Shown here: positions 29,176-37,916 of the stretch, in pieces
Layout: each line of letters starts with the position of its first letter
Numbering within the stretch: position 1 is the first letter of the stretch
Assembly (NCBI GenBank): GCA_964620965.1
Contig: CAZUHV010000003.1
Span: 162,093 to 226,092 of the forward strand
Length of the DNA: 64,000 bases
Direction: 5' to 3'
From: an uncultured Pseudomonadales bacterium
Lineage (GTDB): Bacteria; Patescibacteriota; Microgenomatia; UBA1400; PJMF01
Translations under genes and position numbers: made by a program
Notes under the pieces: generated by a model
Databases searched by the model: none
Seen by the model: only the letters and a program-made list of their open reading frames with translations
What the model was told of the DNA's origin: nothing

Positions 29176-30075
29176 TCTATGTCCACTGATATACAAAAGA
29201 AAGTGAGAAAAGCAATTATCACTGATGCAGGTTTTGCAAGCAGATATTTGCCAATCACTAAAACTGTTCCAAAAGGAATGTTACCACTTGGAAACAGACC
29301 AATTATGCAGTTTATGGTTGAAGAATGTGCTCAGGCTGGAATAGAAGAAATTATCATTGTTGCTACTCCAGAGGGTAAGCCAGTTTACGAAGATTATTTT
29401 AATAATGGTGTCAACAGAATTAGAAAACAATTAGCTGCACAAGGCAAAGAAGATCGTTATGAACCAGTTCAACATGTTTTAGATTTTCCAAAGATTGTGG
29501 TGATTACTCAAGACGAAAGCTTGCCTTATGGAAATGGTTCTCCAGTTGTTTCTGCATCAAAATTTGTTGAAGGAGAAGAAGCTTTTGTTGTTATCTATAG
29601 TGATGACGTTGTGTTTGGAGAGCAAGGAGACGTCAAGACTATGGTTGATTTATACGAAGCAAACCCAGATGTCTCTGGCATTATTATGTCTCAAGAGGTT
29701 TCTGCTGATGTTGTTGATAAATATGGAATCATTAAGTTTAAAGATGGTTCAGAAACAGATTTGGATTATATTGTTGAAAAACCAGATAAGGGTTCAGAAC
29801 CATCTAGACTTGGCTCATATGGTAGATATTTGCTGACCCCAGAAGTTTTACAACACTTAACTGGTGGCAATACTGGTAAAGATGATGAACTTTGGACAGT
29901 TGATGCTATTACAAAAGTAGCAGAAACAAAGACAGTGCTTGTTGGTAAAACAAAAGGTGAGTGGATGACCACTGGTGATCCAGAGAATTATTTTAAAGCT
30001 CATCTTAAGTTTGTGATTGATAGTGAAAAATATGGTCCAAATGTTGCTGAGTGGCTAGAGGAGATTCAAAAGTAG
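29176..30075 (+). CDS. galU: UTP--glucose-1-phosphate uridylyltransferase (GalU family)
   Basis: AIITDAGFASRYLPITKTVPKGMLPLGNRPIMQFMVEE matches the GalU N-terminal nucleotidyltransferase signature. Start moved to MSTDIQ. Confidence 0.8.
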   Translation, partial: SMSTDIQKKVRKAIITDAGFASRYLPITKTVPKGMLPLGNRPIMQFMVEECAQAGIEEIIIVATPEGKPVYEDYFNNGVNRIRKQLAAQGKEDRYEPVQHVLDFPKIVVITQDESLPYGNGSPVVSASKFVEGEEAFVVIYSDDVVFGEQGDVKTMVDLYEANPDVSGIIMSQEVSADVVDKYGIIKFKDGSETDLDYIVEKPDKGSEPSRLGSYGRYLLTPEVLQHLTGGNTGKDDELWTVDAITKVAETKTVLVGKTKGEWMTTGDPENYFKAHLKFVIDSEKYGPNVAEWLEEIQK

Positions 30076-30299
30076 CTCGAGTTACGTTGATTTATAAATC
30101 TCTTTTGACCCTTCAATAGTTTGAGCCAAAGCTTTATACTTTAGATATAAGATTGGCACATTAACAGTCGAGCGTGAGGGGTTTACAAATTTATTTTTCC
30201 TGAACACTTTTTTTAGGGTTCATGGAGTATTCCGCATCACCGTGGTGATGTAGATTTCCTACCCACCTGCTATTTTGCGGGAAAATCGTAGCCCTTCAC

Positions 30300-30349
30300 G
30301 CCCGGTTGTTAAAAAACTGCCCGAATTTTTTTGCCAACCGGGCTTTTTT
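30300..30349 (+). terminator. Rho-independent terminator inside a 520-bp noncoding region
   Basis: GCCCGGTTG-25 nt loop-CAACCGGGC-TTTTTT. Confidence 0.55.
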
Positions 30350-30594
30350 CAGTCAAAACGTTTGTGCTGTTGTTTCTTTTTTTATTTTTACAATTTTTAT
30401 CAATTGTTTATCTATATTTATGACTAAAAATAGCAATAGACAAAGTTATAATTTACAGAGATCAGAGGCTAGTGTGAGAGTTGTTGATATTTGGTGTTGT
30501 TTCTTAGCCATATTTTCTTCTGCACTTGTGATTTATTTATGATAAAATATTCTCCTGCTTTGGATAAATTTTGATGAAAACAGAGCGGAGAGCT

Positions 30595-30666
30595 GCCCAG
30601 ATAGTTCAGTGGCAGAACGCTTTCTTGGTAAGAAAGAGGTCGAGGGTCCGATTCCCTCTCTGGGCT
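30595..30666 (+). tRNA. tRNA-Thr (anticodon GGT)
   Basis: Cloverleaf: GCCCAGA acceptor, anticodon loop UUGGUAA, GGTCCGATTCC T-arm. Confidence 0.85.
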
Positions 30667-30734
30667 CAAGGTATCTTAATGATATAATAATTGCGCATGA
30701 AATTGTGTGTGAACTACATTTAACAAGTAAATAA

Positions 30735-30816
30735 GCCGAGTTACCCAAGCGGTCAACGGGGGCAGACTGTAAATCTGCTGACATAGTCTTCGGAGGTTCG
30801 AATCCTTCACTCGGCA
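30735..30816 (+). tRNA. tRNA-Tyr (anticodon GTA), type II with a long variable arm
   Basis: GCCGAGT acceptor, anticodon loop CUGUAAA, 13-nt variable arm, GGTTCGAATCC T-arm. Confidence 0.85.
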
Positions 30817-30820
30817 CAAT

Positions 30821-30893
30821 GCCACCTTAGCTCATTCGGTAGAGCATCTGTTTTGTAACCAGAAGGTGCGGGGTTCGAATCCCCGAGGTGGCT
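30821..30893 (+). tRNA. tRNA-Thr (anticodon TGT)
   Basis: GCCACCT acceptor, anticodon loop UUUGUAA (one mismatch at the 31-39 pair), GGTTCGAATCC T-arm. It starts 4 nt after tRNA-Tyr. Confidence 0.7.
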
Positions 30894-31013
30894 CAATCGA
30901 TTGGTTTTTAATAAGCGTTAGTTACAACGCCTAAAATTCTAAAAAAATTTGAACTCGCCCACATTGACAAGTTCTGATATAATACCAGTCTTGATTAAAA
31001 GAAAGAAATTACT

Positions 31014-31220
31014 ATGGCAGCAAAAAAGAAAAAAGGTCCACGCCAAATAACAGGTTTACAATGTAGCGTTTGTAAAGCTTTTGGATATGTTACCGAATAC
31101 AACAAAAATAATGAAATTTTAATGAAACAAACAAAAAATGTTTCAACTTTTCCATTAAGCAAGTACTGTAAAGTTTGTAAAAAACATACAGATCACAAAC
31201 AAATGAAGAAATTAAAATAA
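31014..31220 (+). CDS. rpmG: 50S ribosomal protein L33 (zinc-ribbon type)
   Basis: Two CxxC pairs (CSVC...CKVC) and the C-terminal KYCKVCKKHTDHKQ L33 pattern. Promoter-like TTGACA/TATAAT lie upstream. Confidence 0.75.
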   Translation: MAAKKKKGPRQITGLQCSVCKAFGYVTEYNKNNEILMKQTKNVSTFPLSKYCKVCKKHTDHKQMKKLK

Positions 31221-31242
31221 TTTTTTTGAATGAAAATTTTAA

Positions 31243-31270
31243 AAGCCCTCGAGAAATCGGGGGCTTTTTG
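31243..31270 (+). terminator. Terminator after rpmG
   Basis: GCCCTCGAGAAATCGGGGGC hairpin followed by a T-run. Confidence 0.5.
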
Positions 31271-31341
31271 GTTAGGTAACCAAAACCTGCAATTTCGTAA
31301 TCCACAAGAAGTTGTTTAAATAGTATGTATAATAAGAAACT

Positions 31342-31680
31342 ATGAAGACAGAAGGTAGTAGCGATCAATTAGAAAAAATAGGTCAAAAACTAAGAGCGGA
31401 AGAACTAGAAGAAAAGCTGAGGATAGAGGCAGAACAGATAGTAGAAGAAATTCGTAGACTTAAGACAGAAAACAGAGTTTTTAGTCTTCAAAGAATGGAA
31501 GATTTTGCAAATAGATTAGGTGGCAATCACCCAATCACAACATGGATGTTAGATGAGATTGAAGCTATGGGTATTGATGTTGCTTCTAGAATTCTAGAAG
31601 AGTTTAGGAGCCAAAAACTAGAGGGTTACAGAAAAAAATTAACACCTAAACTTGGTTTCAAGGTTACCAGATCCAGATAA
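31342..31680 (+). CDS. Hypothetical coiled-coil protein (112 aa)
   Basis: ORF with charged heptad-like N-terminus. Confidence 0.45.
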   Translation: MKTEGSSDQLEKIGQKLRAEELEEKLRIEAEQIVEEIRRLKTENRVFSLQRMEDFANRLGGNHPITTWMLDEIEAMGIDVASRILEEFRSQKLEGYRKKLTPKLGFKVTRSR

Positions 31681-31691
31681 ATGGTTAAGGT

Positions 31692-33008
31692 TTACTTAAA
31701 ATTTTTTACAACTTCTATAATCTTTTTTGCCCCATTTAAGAACAGAGGATCTATTTTGTGAGCATTATTCATGGCTTTTTCTACCCAAGACTGTGCTTTT
31801 CCTTGAGCTGAAGTTAAGACTCGAAGTTGAGTTCCAATGTTTTCTGTGAGTGCTACTCTGGAAATTTCTAGTTGTTCGAAAACTTCTCTAATACGTTCTT
31901 CCCATTCTCCCCATTCATCAAGTGTGAGAATGAATGAACCGGAAGCAGCTGCATCATAGGCCATGTCTCCAGAAGGTTTTGAAATAAAACCGTCAGCCCA
32001 AGGGAAGGCATATTTGATCAAGAACTCATTAGCATCAACGAGTTGTGGATGATGAAAGACCCTAAATGGAGCAGTTTTATCTTCAGACCGACCAATCTTT
32101 ACCTTATTTTCTTTCGCAATGGCTACGATTTCGTCATAAATGTCTTTATGTGTCCCAGTATACACAAGGAGCTTAAATTTACAGTTCGTGTTTTTTAGTT
32201 TTGGTACCAGTTGGCGGACAACTTCCATCATTTCCTGACTATTTGTGCCAAGTCCACCGGTGGTAAGGCAAAGGTTCAAACAGCCACTTCTCCAGGTGTT
32301 TTTCTTTTTTCTACAAGCAATTATTCTTGGATCAACCGGAGGTCCGGTGACAATAACTCTTTCTGGACTGGCTTCCTTACCTAGAAGCGCAGCTTTTTCT
32401 AAAAATTCGGTTTTTGTTTGTTCATCAAAGACACAAAAGACAATATTTTCCTTGTCCGAGTTAAACACGTACTCATCCCGAACGTGTGGATCGGTAATTA
32501 CCTGAACAACCTTCTTTCCTTGCTCTGCAAGTATATTTCCTGCAGCAATATGAAGTGAAAGAATTGGGTAAGTAATGTTTTCAGTTAAGTGTAGTAAAGG
32601 AGGGGTGATACTTTTGAGTATTGGAAGCTTACTTCTGCCAAACTTATCTATAAAATCTTTGATAAGTTTGAGAATTTTATGGCGTGCTAAAACTTTGCCA
32701 ATATTTTCTGTGAGGATAATTGAAGACCACTGTTTATTTGAAACATAGTTAGTTGGGTCGACTACCCACATTTTGTCTGGTTGAATTTTTTTGCCCCATA
32801 CTTCTACTGCAATGCCCGCAGCCATAGAGTAGTGGGCTCTAGAAAAAACTACGTCTGGAATTGTATCGTTGTCTGGATATCCATGAACTCTTTTGAGATC
32901 TTCACGATATGCAGCAGAGACAGTGATTGTTGGGATTTCTGTTTTCTCGAGTAGCTTTTTATCTTTTTGCAAAGTTTTTACTAAAAATTTGTCAAATAGT
33001 TCTGGCAT
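31692..33008 (-). CDS. GT28-family glycosyltransferase (UgtP / MGDG-synthase-like diacylglycerol glycosyltransferase)
   Basis: VIVTGPPVDPRI, LCLTTGGLGTNS and ADGFISKPSGDMAYDAAASGSFILT match the VKITGIPIRP / LLMGGGEGMG / ADLVISKPGGLTISE blocks of UgtP/MGDG synthases. The likely start is MPELFD (track ORF extends to 33080). Confidence 0.7.
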   Translation of the reverse strand: MPELFDKFLVKTLQKDKKLLEKTEIPTITVSAAYREDLKRVHGYPDNDTIPDVVFSRAHYSMAAGIAVEVWGKKIQPDKMWVVDPTNYVSNKQWSSIILTENIGKVLARHKILKLIKDFIDKFGRSKLPILKSITPPLLHLTENITYPILSLHIAAGNILAEQGKKVVQVITDPHVRDEYVFNSDKENIVFCVFDEQTKTEFLEKAALLGKEASPERVIVTGPPVDPRIIACRKKKNTWRSGCLNLCLTTGGLGTNSQEMMEVVRQLVPKLKNTNCKFKLLVYTGTHKDIYDEIVAIAKENKVKIGRSEDKTAPFRVFHHPQLVDANEFLIKYAFPWADGFISKPSGDMAYDAAASGSFILTLDEWGEWEERIREVFEQLEISRVALTENIGTQLRVLTSAQGKAQSWVEKAMNNAHKIDPLFLNGAKKIIEVVKNFK

Positions 33009-33054
33009 ATGTATCAGTATATAGTAGTATTGGACATTTATTCTAGATATAAAC

Positions 33055-33753
33055 ATGATAAAATGGTTATGTAACCTCAAATTTATGTCTTATTCTATTG
33101 CCGTAAAGCAAAAAGCAAAAAAACTTCGTGAAGAAGGTAACTCTCTTTTTTTTATCTCACAATCATTAGGTATTTCAAAAAGTACACTTTCTGTTTGGTT
33201 AAAAAATGTGCAGTTGAATGATTTAGCACTTGAGAAGATTAACAATAAGAAATACTTGTCTCAACAAAAAGCAATACTTACCAAACATAAACAGGTGTTA
33301 GCTAGAAAAGCGGGAATAAATAAGAAAGTAAAATCTTTCTTTAATAGATTCGATTTTTCTCAGGAGCAATTAAAAATTATTTGTTCTTTGCTATTTTGGA
33401 CAGAAGGGAGTAAATCTGGAAGTTTAGTATCATTTATTAATTCCGATCCAAAAATGATACAACTATTTTTATTTACTCTGAGGAGGGCTTTTATAATTGA
33501 TGAAAAAAAGCTGAGGGGGTTAGTTCACTTACATGAATATCATGATAGGGCTTGGACAGAAAAATACTGGTCTGATGTTTCTGGTATTCCCTTAAGCCAG
33601 TTTAGTAAAAGCTACTTAAAGTCAAATACGGGAAAAAGAAAAAAAGAGGGCTATTTTGGTAGTTTTCGTGTACGATATTATGATGTTAGGGTTGCAGAAG
33701 AATTAACCTCAATTTATACTATGCTCTCAGAGTTGATACTCAGAAGAGAATAA
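33055..33753 (+). CDS. HTH-containing protein with a LAGLIDADG-like motif (possible free-standing homing-endonuclease-like protein)
   Basis: N-terminal HTH (ISQSLGISKSTLSVWLKN), then LLFWTEGSKSGS resembling LAGLIDGDGS followed by FINSDPKMIQLFLFTLRRAF. It ends 1 nt before tRNA-Trp. The start may be 33085. Confidence 0.35.
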   Translation: MIKWLCNLKFMSYSIAVKQKAKKLREEGNSLFFISQSLGISKSTLSVWLKNVQLNDLALEKINNKKYLSQQKAILTKHKQVLARKAGINKKVKSFFNRFDFSQEQLKIICSLLFWTEGSKSGSLVSFINSDPKMIQLFLFTLRRAFIIDEKKLRGLVHLHEYHDRAWTEKYWSDVSGIPLSQFSKSYLKSNTGKRKKEGYFGSFRVRYYDVRVAEELTSIYTMLSELILRRE

Positions 33754-33754
33754 T

Positions 33755-33825
33755 AGGGCCGTAATGTAATGGTAGCATTAGTGTCTCCAAAACACTCCGT
33801 GGGGGTTCAAATCCCTCCGGCCCTG
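33755..33825 (+). tRNA. tRNA-Trp (anticodon CCA)
   Basis: AGGGCCG/CGGCCCT acceptor, anticodon loop CUCCAAA, GGTTCAAATCC T-arm. Confidence 0.85.
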
Positions 33826-33839
33826 CAAAATGAAAAAGT

Positions 33840-34391
33840 ATGAATAAAAAAAAACAAAAAGATTTTCAGCTTTTCACCCACGATGAGATTGAACTAAAAA
33901 ATGCTTTTATCACTGAAGCAAGAGAACTTGCGAAAAGTGAGCGTTTTGGTGGTAAATTAGCTTCAGCAATGATTTATGTTAGTTTGGCGGAATACTTAGC
34001 AGAACACTTATTAGAAAACTTGAATTACCTCGTTTATCGATCTAGTTACATTGATTATGGAGCAATACTATATATTGATGAAAGATCAGTTAGTGAAAAG
34101 CAGACTTTAGGACAATCGACAAGGAGCTTAGCAAAGTATTCTTTTCCTGATAAAGCGGATATCATCAAAATTTTAGAAAAAGTAGCTAAATCTAGAAATC
34201 ACTTGTTTCACAATTTGGCCAAAACTTCTGTTGCTGAATGGTCAAAATTAGAAGATGATATTAATGAAATCAGCAAGAATGTGGAAGAACTGATTGAAAA
34301 AATCAATGTTGTTACAGAGGGGCTGCGTAAAATTCTCATACCTCAACAAACCTCCTCAGGTGTTGCATCAAATGCAAATGTGGAAAAGTAA
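33840..34391 (+). CDS. Hypothetical all-alpha protein (183 aa) with a candidate HEPN Rx4H motif
   Basis: KSRNHLFHNLAK contains R-x4-H. The size and predicted helical character fit a HEPN domain, unverified. Confidence 0.4.
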   Translation: MNKKKQKDFQLFTHDEIELKNAFITEARELAKSERFGGKLASAMIYVSLAEYLAEHLLENLNYLVYRSSYIDYGAILYIDERSVSEKQTLGQSTRSLAKYSFPDKADIIKILEKVAKSRNHLFHNLAKTSVAEWSKLEDDINEISKNVEELIEKINVVTEGLRKILIPQQTSSGVASNANVEK

Positions 34392-34462
34392 GTTTTTACA
34401 TACTCTACCAAGCCCTGTAAAAAAATAAAAATCTGAATAAATGTTGCGAATTATGATGAGTA

Positions 34463-35302
34463 TTGTATAGTTATCATATGTTCTCTAGTTCAAAAAAAAA
34501 GCATTTTTCTAAAGTTACATTATATGGTTTCCCTTTAGGATGGCTTTTTTCACATTTTTCGCATGTTTCTGATGACGATACTTCTTTGAACGGAATTTTT
34601 GAGGCAAAGGAAATAGTTGATAGTAAAAAAGAAGGGCTGTCCGTTTTTTTTGCTCACTTAGGAGTATTCGATGTCTTTGGTACAGCCTGTGCTATAGAAA
34701 AGGTAATCAATTATAAAGCTGTGTTTCCTGTAGCAGCTTCTTGGTACTATTTTCCTTTGGTTAGATCTTTATTGAGAAAGCTAGATGAGCAAGTTCCTCA
34801 TGAATTTTATCCCGTGTTTAGGAAAGAAGAAATGGGATACTCAACATTCGATGTTACTTTTGTAGATTTTTCTGGGCTAGATCAACAGGGTAAAAGAGAA
34901 GCAAATAAAGCATATGTTGAAAGAAGCCTGGAGATGGTTTCTAATGGTGGTGTTCTTATTGTAGCTCCATATGGAGGAAGAGCTCCAAAAGTAGAATTTT
35001 TGCGCAGTGGGCCACTTAAAACAATGCAGCAAGGAAAGCCTATTATACTTTCATTAACAAAATGGAACTGGAAAAGATTAAAGTATGATGTGTTTTTTTC
35101 AAAAGTGTATACATTCCCTAAAACCATAGATAAAAAACAAGCACACAGACTGATAACAAAAGAGTTTTTTAGAATGGCAAAGCTTTCCAAACTTACAAAA
35201 GAACAAGTTTTGCACGCAAAGTCATCAAATGGGTTGGGAGGATCATTATGGAGAATGGCTCAACCAATACTAACACTTATTTTAAGCGTTAAGAGTCATT
35301 AG
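34463..35302 (+). CDS. Putative lysophospholipid (PlsC-like) acyltransferase
   Basis: HLGVFD (HX4D motif I) and VAPYGGR (FPEGTR-like motif III). Weak assignment. Confidence 0.4.
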   Translation: MYSYHMFSSSKKKHFSKVTLYGFPLGWLFSHFSHVSDDDTSLNGIFEAKEIVDSKKEGLSVFFAHLGVFDVFGTACAIEKVINYKAVFPVAASWYYFPLVRSLLRKLDEQVPHEFYPVFRKEEMGYSTFDVTFVDFSGLDQQGKREANKAYVERSLEMVSNGGVLIVAPYGGRAPKVEFLRSGPLKTMQQGKPIILSLTKWNWKRLKYDVFFSKVYTFPKTIDKKQAHRLITKEFFRMAKLSKLTKEQVLHAKSSNGLGGSLWRMAQPILTLILSVKSH

Positions 35303-35919
35303 CGAAAAATCGACTTGATTTTAGCAATAAGCCATTGCCAAAAGGTAAGTTCTTCATTTATTTGTTCTGTTTGATTTTGCGTGGGATCCAAAACAGCTGG
35401 TGGCTCTGGATATGCGTTTTTATTAGTATACGGAGCGGCTGTTCCCTGTGGGAGGAGCGTAGCAATTCCGTCTTTTAGTTCTGCTTCTGAGAATTCTTTG
35501 TTGCAAGTATCAGGAGATTTTATTCCAATTATATAGAGGGGTTCATTTTTTGCATCTTCCTCATAGATTTCAAAAGATGCTGTGGAGTAGGGAAAATACC
35601 AACAGTAATCGGGCGTAGTGATAGTTTTTTTTGAACAGGTAAAAATTTTTTCTGTAGTTGCTGAGACTCCTAAAACTGCTTCGCCATGTGTATCTGTGGT
35701 AATTTCGTGGGTAACTATTTCATCTTCTGTAACAAGTCCAAGTTTTTTTGGCATTTCTCTACAGACAATTATTTCATTAGCAACGGGCTCTTCAAGATCA
35801 GTTTGTAGGATGATTGGTCTAGAATATTTAGCTTCTGGAGCGTTTTCAATAGGAGCTTCCTGAGCAAAGACAGGGTTTACAGTAAAGAAACTAATTAAAA
35901 GAAAAAACAAAATTTTCAT
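35299..35919 (-). CDS. Secreted hypothetical protein (signal peptide MKILFFLLISFFTVNPVFA)
   Basis: Classic Sec signal with an A-Q-E cleavage context. Confidence 0.5.
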   Translation of the reverse strand: MKILFFLLISFFTVNPVFAQEAPIENAPEAKYSRPIILQTDLEEPVANEIIVCREMPKKLGLVTEDEIVTHEITTDTHGEAVLGVSATTEKIFTCSKKTITTPDYCWYFPYSTASFEIYEEDAKNEPLYIIGIKSPDTCNKEFSEAELKDGIATLLPQGTAAPYTNKNAYPEPPAVLDPTQNQTEQINEELTFWQWLIAKIKSIFR

Positions 35920-35946
35920 CTCAACTTTAGTGTAACACATCTACAG

Positions 35947-37227
35947 CTATTGGTTTTTTGTAATAATATTTTTAACAACCACTCCAGCAGGAGTATGAAC
36001 CATAGTTTCTACCCAGTTCGGTGCCTTTTGGAAGTGTTCCTTAGAAAGGTTTTCTGGGCTTACTAGTTGGAAGTGCACATTTTGTTTAAAAGAATCTCCT
36101 TGAGGAGTTTTGTATTCTCCAAGTTTTTTTGCGAGTTGTTCCTGATATTCTGTTGGAATACAAATTGTTGTGAGTAGGTTTTGGTCTGTTGCGATGTACA
36201 TATAGTGTACAAGGTTTAAAACTTCATGATCTCCTCTTGGGGGAAGCCAAACGATATTTGGATTTTTACCAAGTTCTGAAAGTACCAAGCTATGCTTAAT
36301 TTGCTCGGATGGGTTAGCAATAATGAGCTGTGCATCGTGATCCATTTGTCTTGCAGCATTATAATAGAGACCTTCGTCCAGGCTTGATTTAACAGTTGGA
36401 GTATTGTATTTATTTCTGTTTTTAACATGACCTTGTAGCCATTGTCGCAGTGCAATTTCCATTTTAGTATGACCTTTTCCTGGAAATACAATGGATTCTA
36501 TCCCGCTATTTTTCCAAAGTGCCTCAATAATTTGAGTAATTAATTTCGCATCTCCGCCACTGCCAGAAAGTTTAAATACACAAATATTTTCTTTTTCAAA
36601 AATCTCAGAAAGACCGAGAAAGCGTATTTGCTCTTCATTAAGATTTTTAAAGCCTTTGAGTGGATCTAGAAGTTTAATGAGGTGGGCATCTAGTTGGTGT
36701 TCTTCTGTAAGTGTTTTATATGCATGTTCACTCCAGACCAGGTATTGTGCTTTTCGTTGTTGTTCAGTTGGGGTTCTGTGAGGGGAAAGTTTTCCAATTG
36801 CGTCGGGCAGGATAATGATGACGGAAAATTTTTTGCCGTTAAGTTTTACTTCAGTTGCTTCTTCACCAAGCACATTCTGTGGAGTTAAAAAGAACTCAGC
36901 ATTTGGATATCGTTTTAATGTTGATTTAATAAAAAGTCGGAGTTGTAATTTAAGAAGCTCCGCTTTTTTTGAATCTCTAGTTGCCACACTATTTTCTGCG
37001 TATTTCATTGTTCTCTCTGTACTACTAGACATGAGTGCATGAAATACAGCTCCTGCAGTAATCATTGCTCCAGAAGGATAAATATCTTTGACTCTAATGC
37101 CAGCTTCTTCTAACTCTTGGGTTATTGCTGCTGTTTCTGTAGGATTGCCAAGACCGATAGCAGGTGTTGCTGTAACAACTTCTACGGATTTTCTAAAATT
37201 TTTTTCTTTACTAGAAAAAGGTGGCAT
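35947..37227 (-). CDS. Hypothetical protein (426 aa), possibly a GT-B-like or nucleotide-binding fold
   Basis: ORF with Gly-rich loops (LGNPTETAAI, SGSGGDAK); no confident family. Confidence 0.45.
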   Translation of the reverse strand: MPPFSSKEKNFRKSVEVVTATPAIGLGNPTETAAITQELEEAGIRVKDIYPSGAMITAGAVFHALMSSSTERTMKYAENSVATRDSKKAELLKLQLRLFIKSTLKRYPNAEFFLTPQNVLGEEATEVKLNGKKFSVIIILPDAIGKLSPHRTPTEQQRKAQYLVWSEHAYKTLTEEHQLDAHLIKLLDPLKGFKNLNEEQIRFLGLSEIFEKENICVFKLSGSGGDAKLITQIIEALWKNSGIESIVFPGKGHTKMEIALRQWLQGHVKNRNKYNTPTVKSSLDEGLYYNAARQMDHDAQLIIANPSEQIKHSLVLSELGKNPNIVWLPPRGDHEVLNLVHYMYIATDQNLLTTICIPTEYQEQLAKKLGEYKTPQGDSFKQNVHFQLVSPENLSKEHFQKAPNWVETMVHTPAGVVVKNIITKNQ

Positions 37228-37242
37228 ACATCTGGAATTATA

Positions 37243-37878
37243 CTACAGATTTTTTTCCTCTAAAATTGTAGTTGTTTCTCCATGACCTGGATAGCAAATT
37301 GTTTTTTCCGGAAAGTTTTTGAAGATTTTTTGTATTGAGTTTTGCATTTCTTTTGGAGAAGAGTACTCAAAATCAGTTCTTCCAACTCCTGCTTGGAAAA
37401 GCGTGTCTCCGGTAAAAAGTATTGGCTGTGGTTCATTAGCAAAAAGACAGATGGAGCCTGGAGTATGTCCTGGTGTTTCGTAAATTTCGAGCACAGAATT
37501 TCCAATTTTTAACTTTCCTCCCTCAGAAATTGGCAATGTTTTATCTGGAACAGGGTCGACTTGTTGTTTTAACCAGTACTGAGCACTTTTTTGGGCGTTT
37601 TTAAGAATATCTGTGTCTGCTTGGTGCATAAAGATTGGAAGGTTAAAGTTAAGTTTTAGTTCTAGGCTGCCAAGTACATGATCAAAATGGCCATGAGTAA
37701 AGACGATACAGAGTGGTGTAAGTTCTAGGTCTAAAATTGTTTGTGTAATGTAGTCTGCAGCGTCCGCTGGATCAATAATAATGCATTCTCGCGTTTTTTT
37801 ACACCAAACAATGTAGCAATTGGTTTCTAGTTGCCCCAAAGTGAGTGTTTCTATTTGTAAATTATTTTCTTGATTCAT
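37243..37878 (-). CDS. MBL-fold metallo-hydrolase (glyoxalase II-like)
   Basis: THGHFDHV (HxHxDH) zinc motif and downstream His/Asp ligands. Confidence 0.8.
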   Translation of the reverse strand: MNQENNLQIETLTLGQLETNCYIVWCKKTRECIIIDPADAADYITQTILDLELTPLCIVFTHGHFDHVLGSLELKLNFNLPIFMHQADTDILKNAQKSAQYWLKQQVDPVPDKTLPISEGGKLKIGNSVLEIYETPGHTPGSICLFANEPQPILFTGDTLFQAGVGRTDFEYSSPKEMQNSIQKIFKNFPEKTICYPGHGETTTILEEKNL

Positions 37879-37916
37879 TTAAATGTTTTGTTATAAAAAT
37901 CAACTCTGTAAAGAAG

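Noticed and set aside
30306-30542. 78-aa ORF in the noncoding region upstream of the tRNA cluster
   Set aside because: No RBS, hydrophobic low-complexity translation, and it sits downstream of a strong terminator; it is more likely noncoding.
33055-33753. Interpretation of the HTH protein as an IS transposase
   Set aside because: It is too short (about 230 aa), has no DDE triad, and has no flanking inverted repeats. A LAGLIDADG-like motif is more consistent with the sequence.
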